A stretch of 63,502 nucleotides of DNA from Nemertoderma westbladi (taxonomy: Eukaryota; Animalia; Xenacoelomorpha). The notes beneath the pieces are model-generated. The model had not been told where the DNA came from, searched no databases, and worked only from the letters and a program-made list of their open reading frames with translations. Positions 12,290-24,058 of the stretch are shown piece after piece; the stretch's first letter is position 1, and each line of letters starts with the position of its first letter. The stretch spans positions 1 to 63,502 of the forward strand of contig JAUCBJ010006624.1 of assembly GCA_032718475.1 (NCBI GenBank), read 5' to 3'. A program made the translations under genes and the position numbers.

Positions 12290-12352
12290 CTGACAACTAA
12301 CAGTGTCTGGATCGAATGTTGGAGGTCCATTAGGATACAACTCTTGCGCCAT
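12290..12352 (-). CDS. Exon 1 of the small RING-finger gene
   Basis: ACAATGG start with an upstream in-frame stop. Encodes MAQELYPNGPPTFDPDTVSCQ, then a consensus donor CAG|GTAAGT. The phase-0 splice supplies the first RING cysteine (C-Q|V-C). TATAAA lies about 60 bp upstream. Confidence 0.82.
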
Positions 12353-13837
12353 TGTAATGTACAGTTTAGGTCTATTTATCACCAGAAGTCACAAACTTTT
12401 TAATATTATTTATATTAGCCTAGATAATACCTGATCGGAACATTAAGTATCTAATTTCTAAGTATTTCTATTTTTTGTTTACGAACAATTTTCAATCTAT
12501 TAAAAATAGATAACTAATAATCGTTCCTCTAACATTTACCCCTAAATTTTTTTGTAAGTGAATTTTAATGGTTTTGATAGGAAATTAATTTGCAGGATTT
12601 TTAGCAGCTTCCAACATATTATATTCTTTCAGTTTCTGAGTTCACCATATTGGATTTACAAATACTTGGTGACTACTGATAGACAATTGGAATATTTTAA
12701 TTAATGCTGTTAATTTATTTTGGAAAGTAAGTCTGTTTCCATGGTATTTATTCATTTCATTGGGTAAGTTAATGCAAGGCATTATAAACACTTATAAGTT
12801 CACATTTGGCCAATTCAATATCAATCAATTTGGGTGAGATCCGTTTTTGAAAGCGTATTGTAGGCAGATTTAATAATTTATTAACTATTTAATACTTTAT
12901 TGCTCGTTCGACATGTACAGTGCATTTCGAAGGTGCTTACAGTGTTACAGGGAATGTTATTCGAACCAAAACAATAAACCAGTGTCAATTAATAGCACAG
13001 GTTACAGTTACATATTTGCTCGTAATCAGGTTGATTGGAAATATTTTAGTAGATAAAATGCAGCTCTTCATTGTCGTTTCTATTAGTACAGTTTGTTGTA
13101 GGTCATGAATACATTGATACTTCATTACATTTCATTTGACTTTGATAATAACTAGGCCTGCATATATTATACCGCACGGAGATATAAATATAAGTAGCAA
13201 AAAAAATAATAATCTTATGTAAGTTCTGATTAATTATAATTAATACTTGTAATTATTAATTGTATATTTAATTTAATGTTAATTAATTGACTTGTTCAAC
13301 GTTATTTATGTTTAAAACACAATGGTAACAGACTAAAATGTTTGAATTATGATCCTCGCGTATAACGCTAAATATCCTCGTATCTTTCCTTTTTAGATAC
13401 AGTAAATTGACAGGCGATTAAATAATGTCGTGGAATGCTACAATGAACTTTAGTGCAATATCATTAAGTTCTCTCATTGTTTGTCATTCGTAATTAAACT
13501 GAGATTGCATTATTGCCAGGATAGCCATATAAGTCCTCCTTGGCAAAATATCAAATCCAAATGTTACAATAGCCACGCAGATTGAATGGGCTAGATGAGT
13601 TGATACAATATCTCCGCCATTTGCCCAATACCGCACATATGGCAGCATACAATTCACCGGCCTGCACACCTCAAGTCAACGCTATCGAAAATCGAAGCGG
13701 TATGATTTGTATCGTTTATTGCTGGGCATACTGTTCATGAAATTATCAAATTCACTCTGTGAATTTAATGTGACTGAAAATTATTCCATTAAATGGAATC
13801 AATGGATAATATTTTAGGCTCGTTAGTCAATAATGCA

Positions 13838-14821
13838 TGTTCACCACCATGGATGATCTTTCACAGTACACCCCTCCTTCCACTCTGTTTCCTGAAGGAA
13901 TGTCTGTTCACCCATGACCTACTATAACAGTTATAGTTATAGTTACTATAACTGTTATAGTAGGTCATGGTTCACCACCATGATGGGTGATCTTCCACAG
14001 TAAACCCTTACACTCTGTTTCCTAAAGTAATGCCTGTTCACCACCATGATGGGTGATCTTCCACATTAAACCCTTCCACTCTGTTTCCTAAAGGAATGCC
14101 TATTCACCACCATTGGAGATCTTCTACAGTAAACCCATCTACTCTGTTTCCTAAAGGAATGCCTGTACATCACCATGATGGGTGATCTTCCACATTAAAC
14201 CCTTCCACTCTGTTTCCTAAAGGAATGCCTGTTCACCACCATGCGGGATCTCCCACATCCACAATAAACACTTCCACTCTGTTTCCTAAAGGAATGTCTG
14301 TTCACCACCATAACTACAGTATTCTAGTATCTTCTACAGTAAACCCCTCCCCTCTGTTTCCTAATGGAATGCCTGTTCACCCACCATGAAGGGTGATCTT
14401 CCGCAGGAAACCATTCCACTCGGTTTACAAAGGAATGTCTGTTCACCACAATGGGTGATCTTCCGCAGTAAACCCTTCCACTCGGTTTCCAAAGGAATGT
14501 CTGTTCACCACAATGGGTGATCTTCCGCAGTAAACCCTTCCACTCGGTTTCCAAAGGAATGCCTGTTCACCACCATGGGTGATCTTCCACAGTAAACCCT
14601 TCCACTTGTTTCCTAAAGGAATGCCTGTTCACCACCATGGGTGATCTTCCACAGTAAACCCCTCCACCCTGTTTCCTAAATGAATGCTTGTTCACCACCA
14701 TGGGTGATCTTCCACAGTAAAACTTCTTCAATGTTTCCTAAAGGAATGCCTGTTCACCACCATGGGTGATCTTCCTCAGTAAACCCTTCCACTCTGTTTC
14801 CTGAAGGAATTAAACCCTTCC
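13838..14821. repeat. About 60-63-bp minisatellite (GTTCACCACCATGGGTGATCTTCCACAGTAAACCCTTCCACTCTGTTTCCTAAAGGAATGCCT)n, about 15 copies
   Basis: Direct tandem repeat. Confidence 0.93.
13913..13969. mobile_element. 57-bp palindromic micro-MITE, P-superfamily-like
   Basis: CATGACCTACTATAACAGTTATAGT...ACTATAACTGTTATAGTAGGTCATG flanked by the 7-bp duplication GTTCACC (13906-13912 and 13970-13976). Confidence 0.8.
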
Positions 14822-15573
14822 ACATTTCTATTTACACGAAGAAAAAGTTAGAAGGGAAAAAGATGGACTTTTCATAATACAGTATTCTATGTATTATTAA
14901 ATTTAATAAAGATAAATTTAAAAAAAAAATAAAAATCTTCATATATAAAATTCCAATAAAAAGTCGACCGAAAAGTGAAATCCTGGTATTCTTCAAATGG
15001 GCGCAAATCTGCCTTTGTTTCTGAGCCCCGGGGCATACCAGATCATATTTTCCAAACGAAATTCATTGGTCACACGTAGAAGGGAAATACAGAACATTAA
15101 CAAACAGTTGCGGTGATTGATTTTATTTTATTTATTTTCTTATTTATACCGAGTTGGTCGTACACATTAATTATAACAATTGCATTATATTTAATTGAGA
15201 GTAGTAAGCATTTTAGAATTTAAAAAATTTAAAGAGATTAAAGTATTTAGTATTTGAGTGTTGATAGTGCACTGAAGGCTTGAAGGGCATTCGATTCCAA
15301 GGCGTACTATATACAAGGCCATGCCATCGAGTTAACTGGGGGCAAGATGTTTTGACAACAATTTGATATTTTGATATGGGGAGAGTCAGGGCCTTCATAA
15401 AATAACAGGCCTGGACACAGAGCTGCCCTCAAAAAAATAAGAGGCCAAGTAGGAAGTTTTCAAGAATAAAATCATAAAGGATTTACACAAATTGCCAATG
15501 GAGTTATGTTCTAGAACAAAAATAATTTAATATTTTATTAAATACTTGTTGTGTGTTGTGAAATTTTGAAATT

Positions 15574-18066
15574 ATGGTTAGACACTGCAGTGTCAATAAC
15601 TGTGAAAGCGGGAGTCAGCGGAGTGCATTGAGAACTGTTTTTGCTCCACCAAAAAACGTCGAAAAGAGAAAGTTGTGGCAAGAGGCACTACGCGAAAATG
15701 GTGTAGTGACAGTAACTGATAGTATGGGAGTTTGTGAGAACCATTTCATTCCAAGTCATGTGATTGGAACAGGGCAAAGAAAGCGCCTTCATAGAGATGC
15801 AACACCGTTTTCGTGCCGGGGTAATGTGGGAGCAAGCTCAAATTCATTTGCATCAACTGCAGAGAAGAGAAGACTTGTAAATGAGGGTGAAAGACTAGAT
15901 GCGGAGATCAGAGAGTTTTTGTCAAGTGACATAATAGTGTCCACATCTCAATTCGATGAGGGCGAACTATCTGAACCAAACACGCTATTCTATAACTTAA
16001 TCCAAAATAATGAAAATGTCGTTCATCTTTTCGGAGAGCATGGTGAAAGCGAAGCTGGTTCTTTAGTCAGTTTAGACAACAATGGCATGGTGAAAGTTTT
16101 CGTTAACGGTAAGAAAATTACGTTGCCGGGGCACTTGACAAAATGGGAGAAGATCTCTCGATATAGTGAATTGAATAGTGTGTTAACCTTTGCCAAAGAA
16201 GTCGAATGGAATGAAATACATAATGCTACAATAGAAAGCGTTGTGAAAGACCTACAGGGACTTTCAGATAAGGTAGTTGATGAAAAGCAAAGTAAGTTAT
16301 TTCGATTTTGCGCAGATCAAATTGAGTTAAGCTGCACTCCTCCAAATCGTCGCCGTTTTGGTAAACTAGCTGACTTATTGTGTTTCTCGGTGATTTTGCA
16401 TGCAATTTCCGCTGCTGCTTATCGCGAACTGTCAGAGTTACTATATTTTCCTAGTGAGCGTCATCTTAGAAGATTAGTTAGTGGAATTGGAGAGGCTCAA
16501 TCTTACTGGTCGTCGAGATTTTCTCACCTTCGTGACTATGACTGTATTCTGCAGATAGACGAAGTTTATGTACAAGCCAAATTAATGTACAATGAAGGAA
16601 AACTATTTGGATTACCTGAAGGGCCAATCCCTATACCTTGTGAGAATGATGTATGTGAGTATTTGGCAAAAACACTCTTGGTCATGCAGGTAGTTTTTCT
16701 GCGCAGTAAAGAAAAGGAAGTGGTGATGATGAAACCAGTGGTTAACCTTAATACAGATATTCTCAAGAATGCTATCATGGAAAGTTTGAAAGTACTGCAT
16801 GTATGTACTCTGAATGCTATTGCTCTCATCCTGGATGGTAATCGAACGAATCATAGCGCCACAGAGGCTATTGGAGGAGCTGTGATAATAAATCCCTTTA
16901 CTGGCAGAGTTTTATTTAATATGGGAGATCCAGTGCATGAAATAAAATGCTTCCGCAATAACTTTGTAAACAAAGGTTTAGTCACTTTTCCTGATCCCAT
17001 TGAGTTAATTGTCCCACCATTTACAAAGCTCCTAACAACACCAACGGTTTACATTAAAAATATACTTCCAACTACATCAGATTGGAACTTCAACATTGAT
17101 GATTTGGAGAACCATGAAGCGAATGATGTGGATGCCAATGTTGAAGTGATTTCAACTGACGATGATTCGAGAGGAACAATATTTGACAATACCTGTGTTT
17201 TTAAAGAAAAAGTTAAAGACAAAGTATCTACCAACACAATCACTGCAGACTGGAATGAAATTACTTATGTCCACGATGATGAAAGTAACAACATTGTCAA
17301 ATTAGCAGTAAAGCTCAACCATACTGTTGTTCATCCAAACAAGTTACAACGACAATCTGTTTCTCGTGCACTGGCTATCATTGATGTTTCAACGATAGCA
17401 GCCCTAACTATTTATGGTTACACAAGCACTGCTAAGCTACTACTACTTTTTGCTCAATGGTGGATGGTGATGAATACTCGAAGCACCAATATAGGGGTTA
17501 AGAAAAATAATATATTACAACAGCCACTAACAACCAAAAGTAAATTACAGGTAGAATTTCTTAACGGATTTTATAATTGGTTATGTCAATTAGATGATGG
17601 ACAACTCTTGACCAAGGATACACTAAAGTCGTTCAAGAACACAACAAAGGTCATTTTACAAATATCTCATCATCTATTGTATGGTGAAAGATCTATACTA
17701 TACAAGTATATTTTACCTGGACGTTTTCAGAACGATGCAATAGAACACCTTTTTGCTCTATTTCGGAGGATGAGTGGGTGCTCCTATCTCATCAGTGTGT
17801 ACGAGATCATTTGTTCTGAACGAAAACTAAAGCTGAAGTCACTCATAAAGTTGTTCCAATCGAATCAGTGCAATTTCAATCTAACTCTTTCCTCATTTCT
17901 GGATCAATTTAAAGGTGATGGTAGTGAGAGCAGTCTAACTAGTGAAGATTATGATATTATAAATACAATACTGGGTAACCCACAAGTTGACTGTCTACTA
18001 GAGGAAGAATCCGAAAATGATGCAATGGTGGTAATATACTTGGCTGGAGTACTTGGCTGGGTGTAA
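15574..18066 (+). CDS. THAP-domain P-element-like transposase, 830 aa, C-terminus probably truncated
   Basis: N-terminal C2CH THAP domain (CSVNNC...W...VCENHF...LHRDATP). Catalytic-type motifs IDEVY, LDGNRTN, GDPVHEIKCFRNN and QNDAIEHLFALFRRMSG. The ORF stops just after YLAG, where related transposases usually continue. Confidence 0.9.
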   Translation: MVRHCSVNNCESGSQRSALRTVFAPPKNVEKRKLWQEALRENGVVTVTDSMGVCENHFIPSHVIGTGQRKRLHRDATPFSCRGNVGASSNSFASTAEKRRLVNEGERLDAEIREFLSSDIIVSTSQFDEGELSEPNTLFYNLIQNNENVVHLFGEHGESEAGSLVSLDNNGMVKVFVNGKKITLPGHLTKWEKISRYSELNSVLTFAKEVEWNEIHNATIESVVKDLQGLSDKVVDEKQSKLFRFCADQIELSCTPPNRRRFGKLADLLCFSVILHAISAAAYRELSELLYFPSERHLRRLVSGIGEAQSYWSSRFSHLRDYDCILQIDEVYVQAKLMYNEGKLFGLPEGPIPIPCENDVCEYLAKTLLVMQVVFLRSKEKEVVMMKPVVNLNTDILKNAIMESLKVLHVCTLNAIALILDGNRTNHSATEAIGGAVIINPFTGRVLFNMGDPVHEIKCFRNNFVNKGLVTFPDPIELIVPPFTKLLTTPTVYIKNILPTTSDWNFNIDDLENHEANDVDANVEVISTDDDSRGTIFDNTCVFKEKVKDKVSTNTITADWNEITYVHDDESNNIVKLAVKLNHTVVHPNKLQRQSVSRALAIIDVSTIAALTIYGYTSTAKLLLLFAQWWMVMNTRSTNIGVKKNNILQQPLTTKSKLQVEFLNGFYNWLCQLDDGQLLTKDTLKSFKNTTKVILQISHHLLYGERSILYKYILPGRFQNDAIEHLFALFRRMSGCSYLISVYEIICSERKLKLKSLIKLFQSNQCNFNLTLSSFLDQFKGDGSESSLTSEDYDIINTILGNPQVDCLLEEESENDAMVVIYLAGVLGWV

Positions 18067-18220
18067 ATGTTTAATTCACGTAATATCAATTTCACGTAAT
18101 ATCATTCACGTAATATCAATAAATTATTATCAGATATTAATGGTATCATCAATAAAAAGTTAGCTAACTTTATAACGAAATGGCTTTATATATAGATAGA
18201 TATAGATATATATATAGATA

Positions 18221-21200
18221 CTAGAAAGCCAGTGGCCCTTCGGGCCACGGCTTTCTAGTTCACAAGCCTATTCACCATTCCAAACATTAATTAATTAATT
18301 AACTTAACAAAATTTCATATGATTGAGAGTGTTCTCTCAAACAAAAGGACTGATGCTGTTTTACTTTTCAGATACCTACACTGGTCAACGTCCTTCGCAT
18401 AGATGCAGCCTTATGATGTAGTACAGTAGACCTCTGACAATTATCAGCGTAAAAGCATTTTTAATAAATAAATGTGAGAATGTTTTTACTTTTCAGATTC
18501 AGATTTTTCGCACCCTAGCAGTAGACTGGAAATCCGCAGACTGGTTAGCGTCCTCCCCATACAAACAGCCTATGGTCATCATGCCTTTCCCAAGTATAAG
18601 CAAAAAAGCATTAGAAACAACGAAATGGGAGAAGAATTTCACTTGAGACATTTCACCCTCTAGCGGCAGACTGAGAAATTGCAGATTAGTCAGAGTTTTC
18701 CACAAACACGCAGTCTATGGTGTAGTAGACCTCTGACAAGTATCAGCCTAAAAGCATTAGAAACAACGAAACGGGATAAGGTTTTCACTTTCAGACATTT
18801 CGCCCCTTAGCGGCCGAATGGAAAACTGCAGTTTGTTCGGCGTCTTACCTAGACACACACCCTATGGTGTACTACACATCTGGCAAGTGTCAGCCTGAAA
18901 TCATATTAATAACGAATTGGGATAAGGTTTTCACTTTCAGACATTTGGCCCCCAAGCGGTAGACTGGATAAATGTAGACTGGTTCTAGCTTCTCCCCAAA
19001 CACACAGTCTATGGTGTAGTAGACCTCTGCCAAGTATCAGCAAAAAAGCATTATAAACAATGAAATGCATAAAGGTTTTCACTTTCAGACATTGCGCCCC
19101 CTAGCGACAGACAGAGCTATTGCAGATTGGTCTTAGTTCTCCACAAACATGCAGTCTTTGATGTAGTAGACCTCTGACAAGTATCAGCCTAAAAACATTA
19201 TAAACATCAAAATGGGATAAGGTTTTCACGTTCAGACATTTCGCCCCCTAGCGGCCGAATAGAGAACTGCAGGTTGTTCGGCGTCCTCTTCAGACACACA
19301 GCCTATGGTGTAATACACATCTGCCAAGTGTCATCGTAAAAGCATTATTAATAACGAAATGGTATAAGGTTTTCACTTTCAGACATTTGGCCCCCTAGTG
19401 GCAGACAGAGGAATTGCAGATTGGTCAGAATTCCAGTGGCCCTTCGGGCCACGGCTTTCTAGTTCACAAGCCTATTCACCATTCCAAACATTAATTAATT
19501 AATTAACTTAACAAAATTTCATATGATTGAGAGTGTTCTCTCAAACAAAAGGACTGATGCTGTTTTACTTTTCAGATACCTACACTGGTCAACGTCCTTC
19601 GCATAGATGCAGCCTTATGATGTAGTACAGTAGACCTCTGACAATTATCAGCGTAAAAGCATTTTTAATAAATAAATGTGAGAATGTTTTTACTTTTCAG
19701 ATTCAGATTTTTCGCACCCTAGCAGTAGACTGGAAATCCGCAGACTGGTTAGCGTCCTCCCCATACAAACAGCCTATGGTCATCATGCCTTTCCCAAGTA
19801 TAAGCAAAAAAGCATTAGAAACAACGAAATGGGAGAAGAATTTCACTTGAGACATTTCACCCTCTAGCGGCAGACTGAGAAATTGCAGATTAGTCAGAGT
19901 TTTCCACAAACACGCAGTCTATGGTGTAGTAGACCTCTGACAAGTATCAGCCTAAAAGCATTAGAAACAACGAAACGGGATAAGGTTTTCACTTTCAGAC
20001 ATTTCGCCCCTTAGCGGCCGAATGGAAAACTGCAGTTTGTTCGGCGTCTTACCTAGACACACACCCTATGGTGTACTACACATCTGGCAAGTGTCAGCCT
20101 GAAATCATATTAATAACGAATTGGGATAAGGTTTTCACTTTCAGACATTTGGCCCCCAAGCGGTAGACTGGATAAATGTAGACTGGTTCTAGCTTCTCCC
20201 CAAACACACAGTCTATGGTGTAGTAGACCTCTGCCAAGTATCAGCAAAAAAGCATTATAAACAATGAAATGCATAAAGGTTTTCACTTTCAGACATTGCG
20301 CCCCCTAGCGACAGACAGAGCTATTGCAGATTGGTCTTAGTTCTCCACAAACATGCAGTCTTTGATGTAGTAGACCTCTGACAAGTATCAGCCTAAAAAC
20401 ATTATAAACATCAAAATGGGATAAGGTTTTCACGTTCAGACATTTCGCCCCCTAGCGGCCGAATAGAGAACTGCAGGTTGTTCGGCGTCCTCTTCAGACA
20501 CACAGCCTATGGTGTAATACACATCTGCCAAGTGTCATCGTAAAAGCATTATTAATAACGAAATGGTATAAGGTTTTCACTTTCAGACATTTGGCCCCCT
20601 AGTGGCAGACAGAGGAATTGCAGATTGGTCAGAGTTCTCCACAAACACGCAGCCTATGGTGTAGTAGACCTCTGCCAAGTACCAGCCTATAAGAATTATA
20701 AACAACGAAATGGGATAAGGTTTTCACTTTCAGATATTTCGCCCCTTAGTGGCCGAATGGAGAACTGCAGGTAGTTGGGCGTCCTCCACAGACACACACC
20801 ATATGGTGTAATACACATCTGCCCAGTGTCAGCCTAAAAGCATTATTAATAACGAAATGGGATAAGGTTTTCACTTTCAGACATTTGGCCCCCTAGTGGC
20901 AGACAGAGGAATTGCAGATTGGTCAGAGTTCTCCACAAACACGCAGTCTATGGTGTAGTAGACCTCTGCCAAGTATCAGCCTAAAAGCATTATAAACAAC
21001 GAAATGGGATAAGGATTTCACTTTCAGATATTTCGCCCCCTAGCGGCCGAATGGAGAACTGCAGGTAGTTGGGCGTCCTCCACAGACACACACCATATGG
21101 TGTAATACACATCTGCCAAGTGTCAGCCTAAAAGCATTATTAATAACGAAATGGGATAAGGTTTTCACTTTCAGACATTTGGCCCCCTAGCGGTAGACTG

Positions 21201-21807
21201 GAGAAATGCAGACTGATTCTAGCTCCTCCCCAAACACGCTGTATGGTGTAGTAGACCTCTGCCAAGTATCAGCAAAAAAGCATTATAAACAAAGAAATGG
21301 GAGAAGGTTTTCACTTTTAGATATTTCTCCCCCTAGCGGCAGACTGGGGAATTGCAGATTGGTCAGCATCCTCCCCAAACACACAGCCTATGGTGTAGAA
21401 GACCTCTGCCATGTATCAGCTAAAAGGCTTTAATAATAACGAAATGGGAGATGTTTTCAGTTTCGGATATTTCCCCCCCTAGCGGCAGACTGGAGAACTG
21501 CAGATTGATCAGTGTCCTCCCAAACACACAGTCTATGGTCGGGAACAGATCTGCAAAGTATCATTTAGAACAGATTAAGTCTGGTATCAAAAAGTAGCAT
21601 AATAGTCGATACCCAACGTGTCGAGTGACAGAATGAACTGCTAGGCCTACCGCGCTACCGGTACCGAATTCACGAAATTCGCATTCACGCAAACAAACGC
21701 GTAAAATAAGACTCGAGATAGCGACAGTGCACGTGCTCGTGACGAGAGCTTTCGTTCGATGTATCGCAAGCTCCGATTGGTGCTTGTGTGTAGAAACGTA
21801 TAGCTTG

Positions 21808-21847
<40 letters not shown>

Positions 21848-21868
21848 CATGATATTTATATATATAGA
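18221..21868 (-). mobile_element. Non-autonomous Helitron H1 with a 147-bp tandem array
   Basis: On the minus strand: 5' TCTATATATATAAATATC, a (TGTC)n microsatellite, the monomer array, and a 3' GC-rich hairpin AGAAAGCCGTGGCCCGAAGGGCCACTGGCTTT ending CTAG|T. Contains a 1204-bp internal duplication. Confidence 0.82.
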
Positions 21869-24058
21869 CTAGAAAGCCTGTGGCCCTTCGGGCCACAGCT
21901 TTCTAGTGCACGTGCAGATGATATATGAATATGTGTGGAAGATTGGAGAACTGCATACGGAACAGACACCATCATTAAATAAAACACCACCCCCATAAGA
22001 GATAACTTTCAAGTTTCAACTTTAGTCAGATTGTAAATAACAAAATTTCCAGAAAATGATCACTTTCAGATCCACCCTCTACCTGCGGACTGGTGAAATG
22101 CAGACGGCGCTGCAGTTTGGTAAAGGTGGGGTTTATGAAGTAAAATGCCTGCCTTTCAAGTTTCAGCTTAAACAGATTGTAAATAACAAAATTGGTGTAG
22201 ATGTTCACATTCAGACTTCTAGCGGTAGACTGAAGAACTGTAGACGACTCTGGGACTCCGTAAAGATACAGAATATGCTGCAGTAGATTCCTGCCAAGTT
22301 TCAGCTCAAAGGGATTAAAGAGAACCAATTGGGATGAGGTGTTCACTATCAGACAATTCGCCCTCTAGCGGCAGATAGGGGAACTGTATACAACTCTGCG
22401 ACTCCGTAAAGGTAGAGCCTATGCTGTAGTAGATGCCTACCAAGTTTCAGTCTAAACCGTTTGTAAATAACAAAGTTGGAGAAGATGTTAATTTTCAGAC
22501 ATTTCACCCTCTAGCGGTAGACTGGGGAAGTGTATAGGACTCTGCAACTCCGTAAAGATAGAGCCTAGGATGTAGTAGATACCTGCCAAGTTTCAGCTCA
22601 AAAGGATTAAAAAGAACCAAATGGGATGAGGTTTTCACTATCAGACAATTCGCCCTCTTGCGTCTGACTGTGGAACTGTAGACGACTCTACTACTCCGCA
22701 AAGATATAGCCTATGCTATAGTAGATGCCTACCAAGTTTCAGTCTAAAAGGATTGTAAATAACAAAGTTGGAGAAGATGTTAACTTTCATACATTTCGCC
22801 CTCTAGCGGCAGACGCGGGTACTGTAGACAACTCTGCGCGACTCAGTAAAGATATAGCCTATGCTGTAGTAGATGCCTACCAAGTTCAGTCTAAATGGAT
22901 TATAAATAACAAAGTTAGAGAAGATGTTAACTTGCAGACATTTCGCCCTCTAGCGGTAGACTGGGAAATTGTAGACGACTTTGCGACTCAGTAAAGATTC
23001 AGCCTATGCTGTAGTAGATGCCTACCAAGTTTCAGTCAAAACGGATTGTAAATAATAAAGTTGGAGAAGATGTTATCTCTCAGACATTTAGCACTCTAAC
23101 GGTAGACTGGGGAACTGTAGACCACCCAGTGACTCCGGAAATATACAGCCTATGCTGCAGTATATAGCTACCAAGTTTCAGCTCAAAAGCATTAAAAACA
23201 ACCCAATAAGATCAGGTTTTCACTATCGGATAATTCGCCCTCTAGCGGCAGACGGGGGAACTTCAGACGGCTCTGAGTATTACGTTGCAACGAGTTAGGG
23301 CGAGACCTATCTAACGAGCTATAGTAAGCGAGATTTCATCGAGATTAGATGTATAATATTAGATAACATAATAATACAGTAAGTATAGGCCTATAGAAAT
23401 AATTATTTTTACTTTTAATATTCATAACAGTAAAACAAAAATGTTATAAACCTCTCCTTCCATGCAGCCAATGATTGAGAAAGCAGAATTACTACAACCC
23501 AAACCCACCCCAATCAACACTCCAGCCTGCTTGCTCCTTATCTGTGCCCAGCCAGCTAGCTGCGAGTTCAATAATTACCTTAAGGTTGCTACAGAAAACA
23601 ATCCTTCCCTATTCAATAACAATAGGCCAATTCGATCGTGCTTGGCGAATATGACATATTTATACACTATTTGTTTTTTAATCAATAAATAATCATACAT
23701 ATTTATATTAAACACTCGAATAAAATAAATACTTTGTGAGAATGGGACACGGCGAATCTACCCATGTTAATTTTATACCAGGTGGGATAAATGTTAGCCC
23801 TCTAAATCATTAATTACCGATAGAAGAACCGAAATAATTCGATAAATTTCGCCCGAAAATCACGAAAATCGCCCTCTAGCGGCAGACGGGCGAACTTCAG
23901 ACGACTCTGAGTATTACGTTGCAACGAGTTAGGGCGAGACCTTTCTAACGAGCTATAGCAAGCGAGATTTCATCGAGATGGGTTCGATTGTATAGCCGAT
24001 GACAAACACACAGACAGACTGACTGACTGACAGACAATCGATATTTATATATATTAGA
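21869..24058 (-). mobile_element. Non-autonomous Helitron H2, a distinct subfamily with 146-147-bp monomers
   Basis: Same 3' hairpin and CTAG at 21869, 5' TC at 24058 with a (TGTC/AGTC)n microsatellite. Monomers diverge from H1 and H3. Confidence 0.8.

Noticed and set aside
21561-21896. SVCL-repeat ORFs (also 26032-26504)
   Set aside because: They are translations of the (TGTC)n microsatellite at the Helitron 5' ends.
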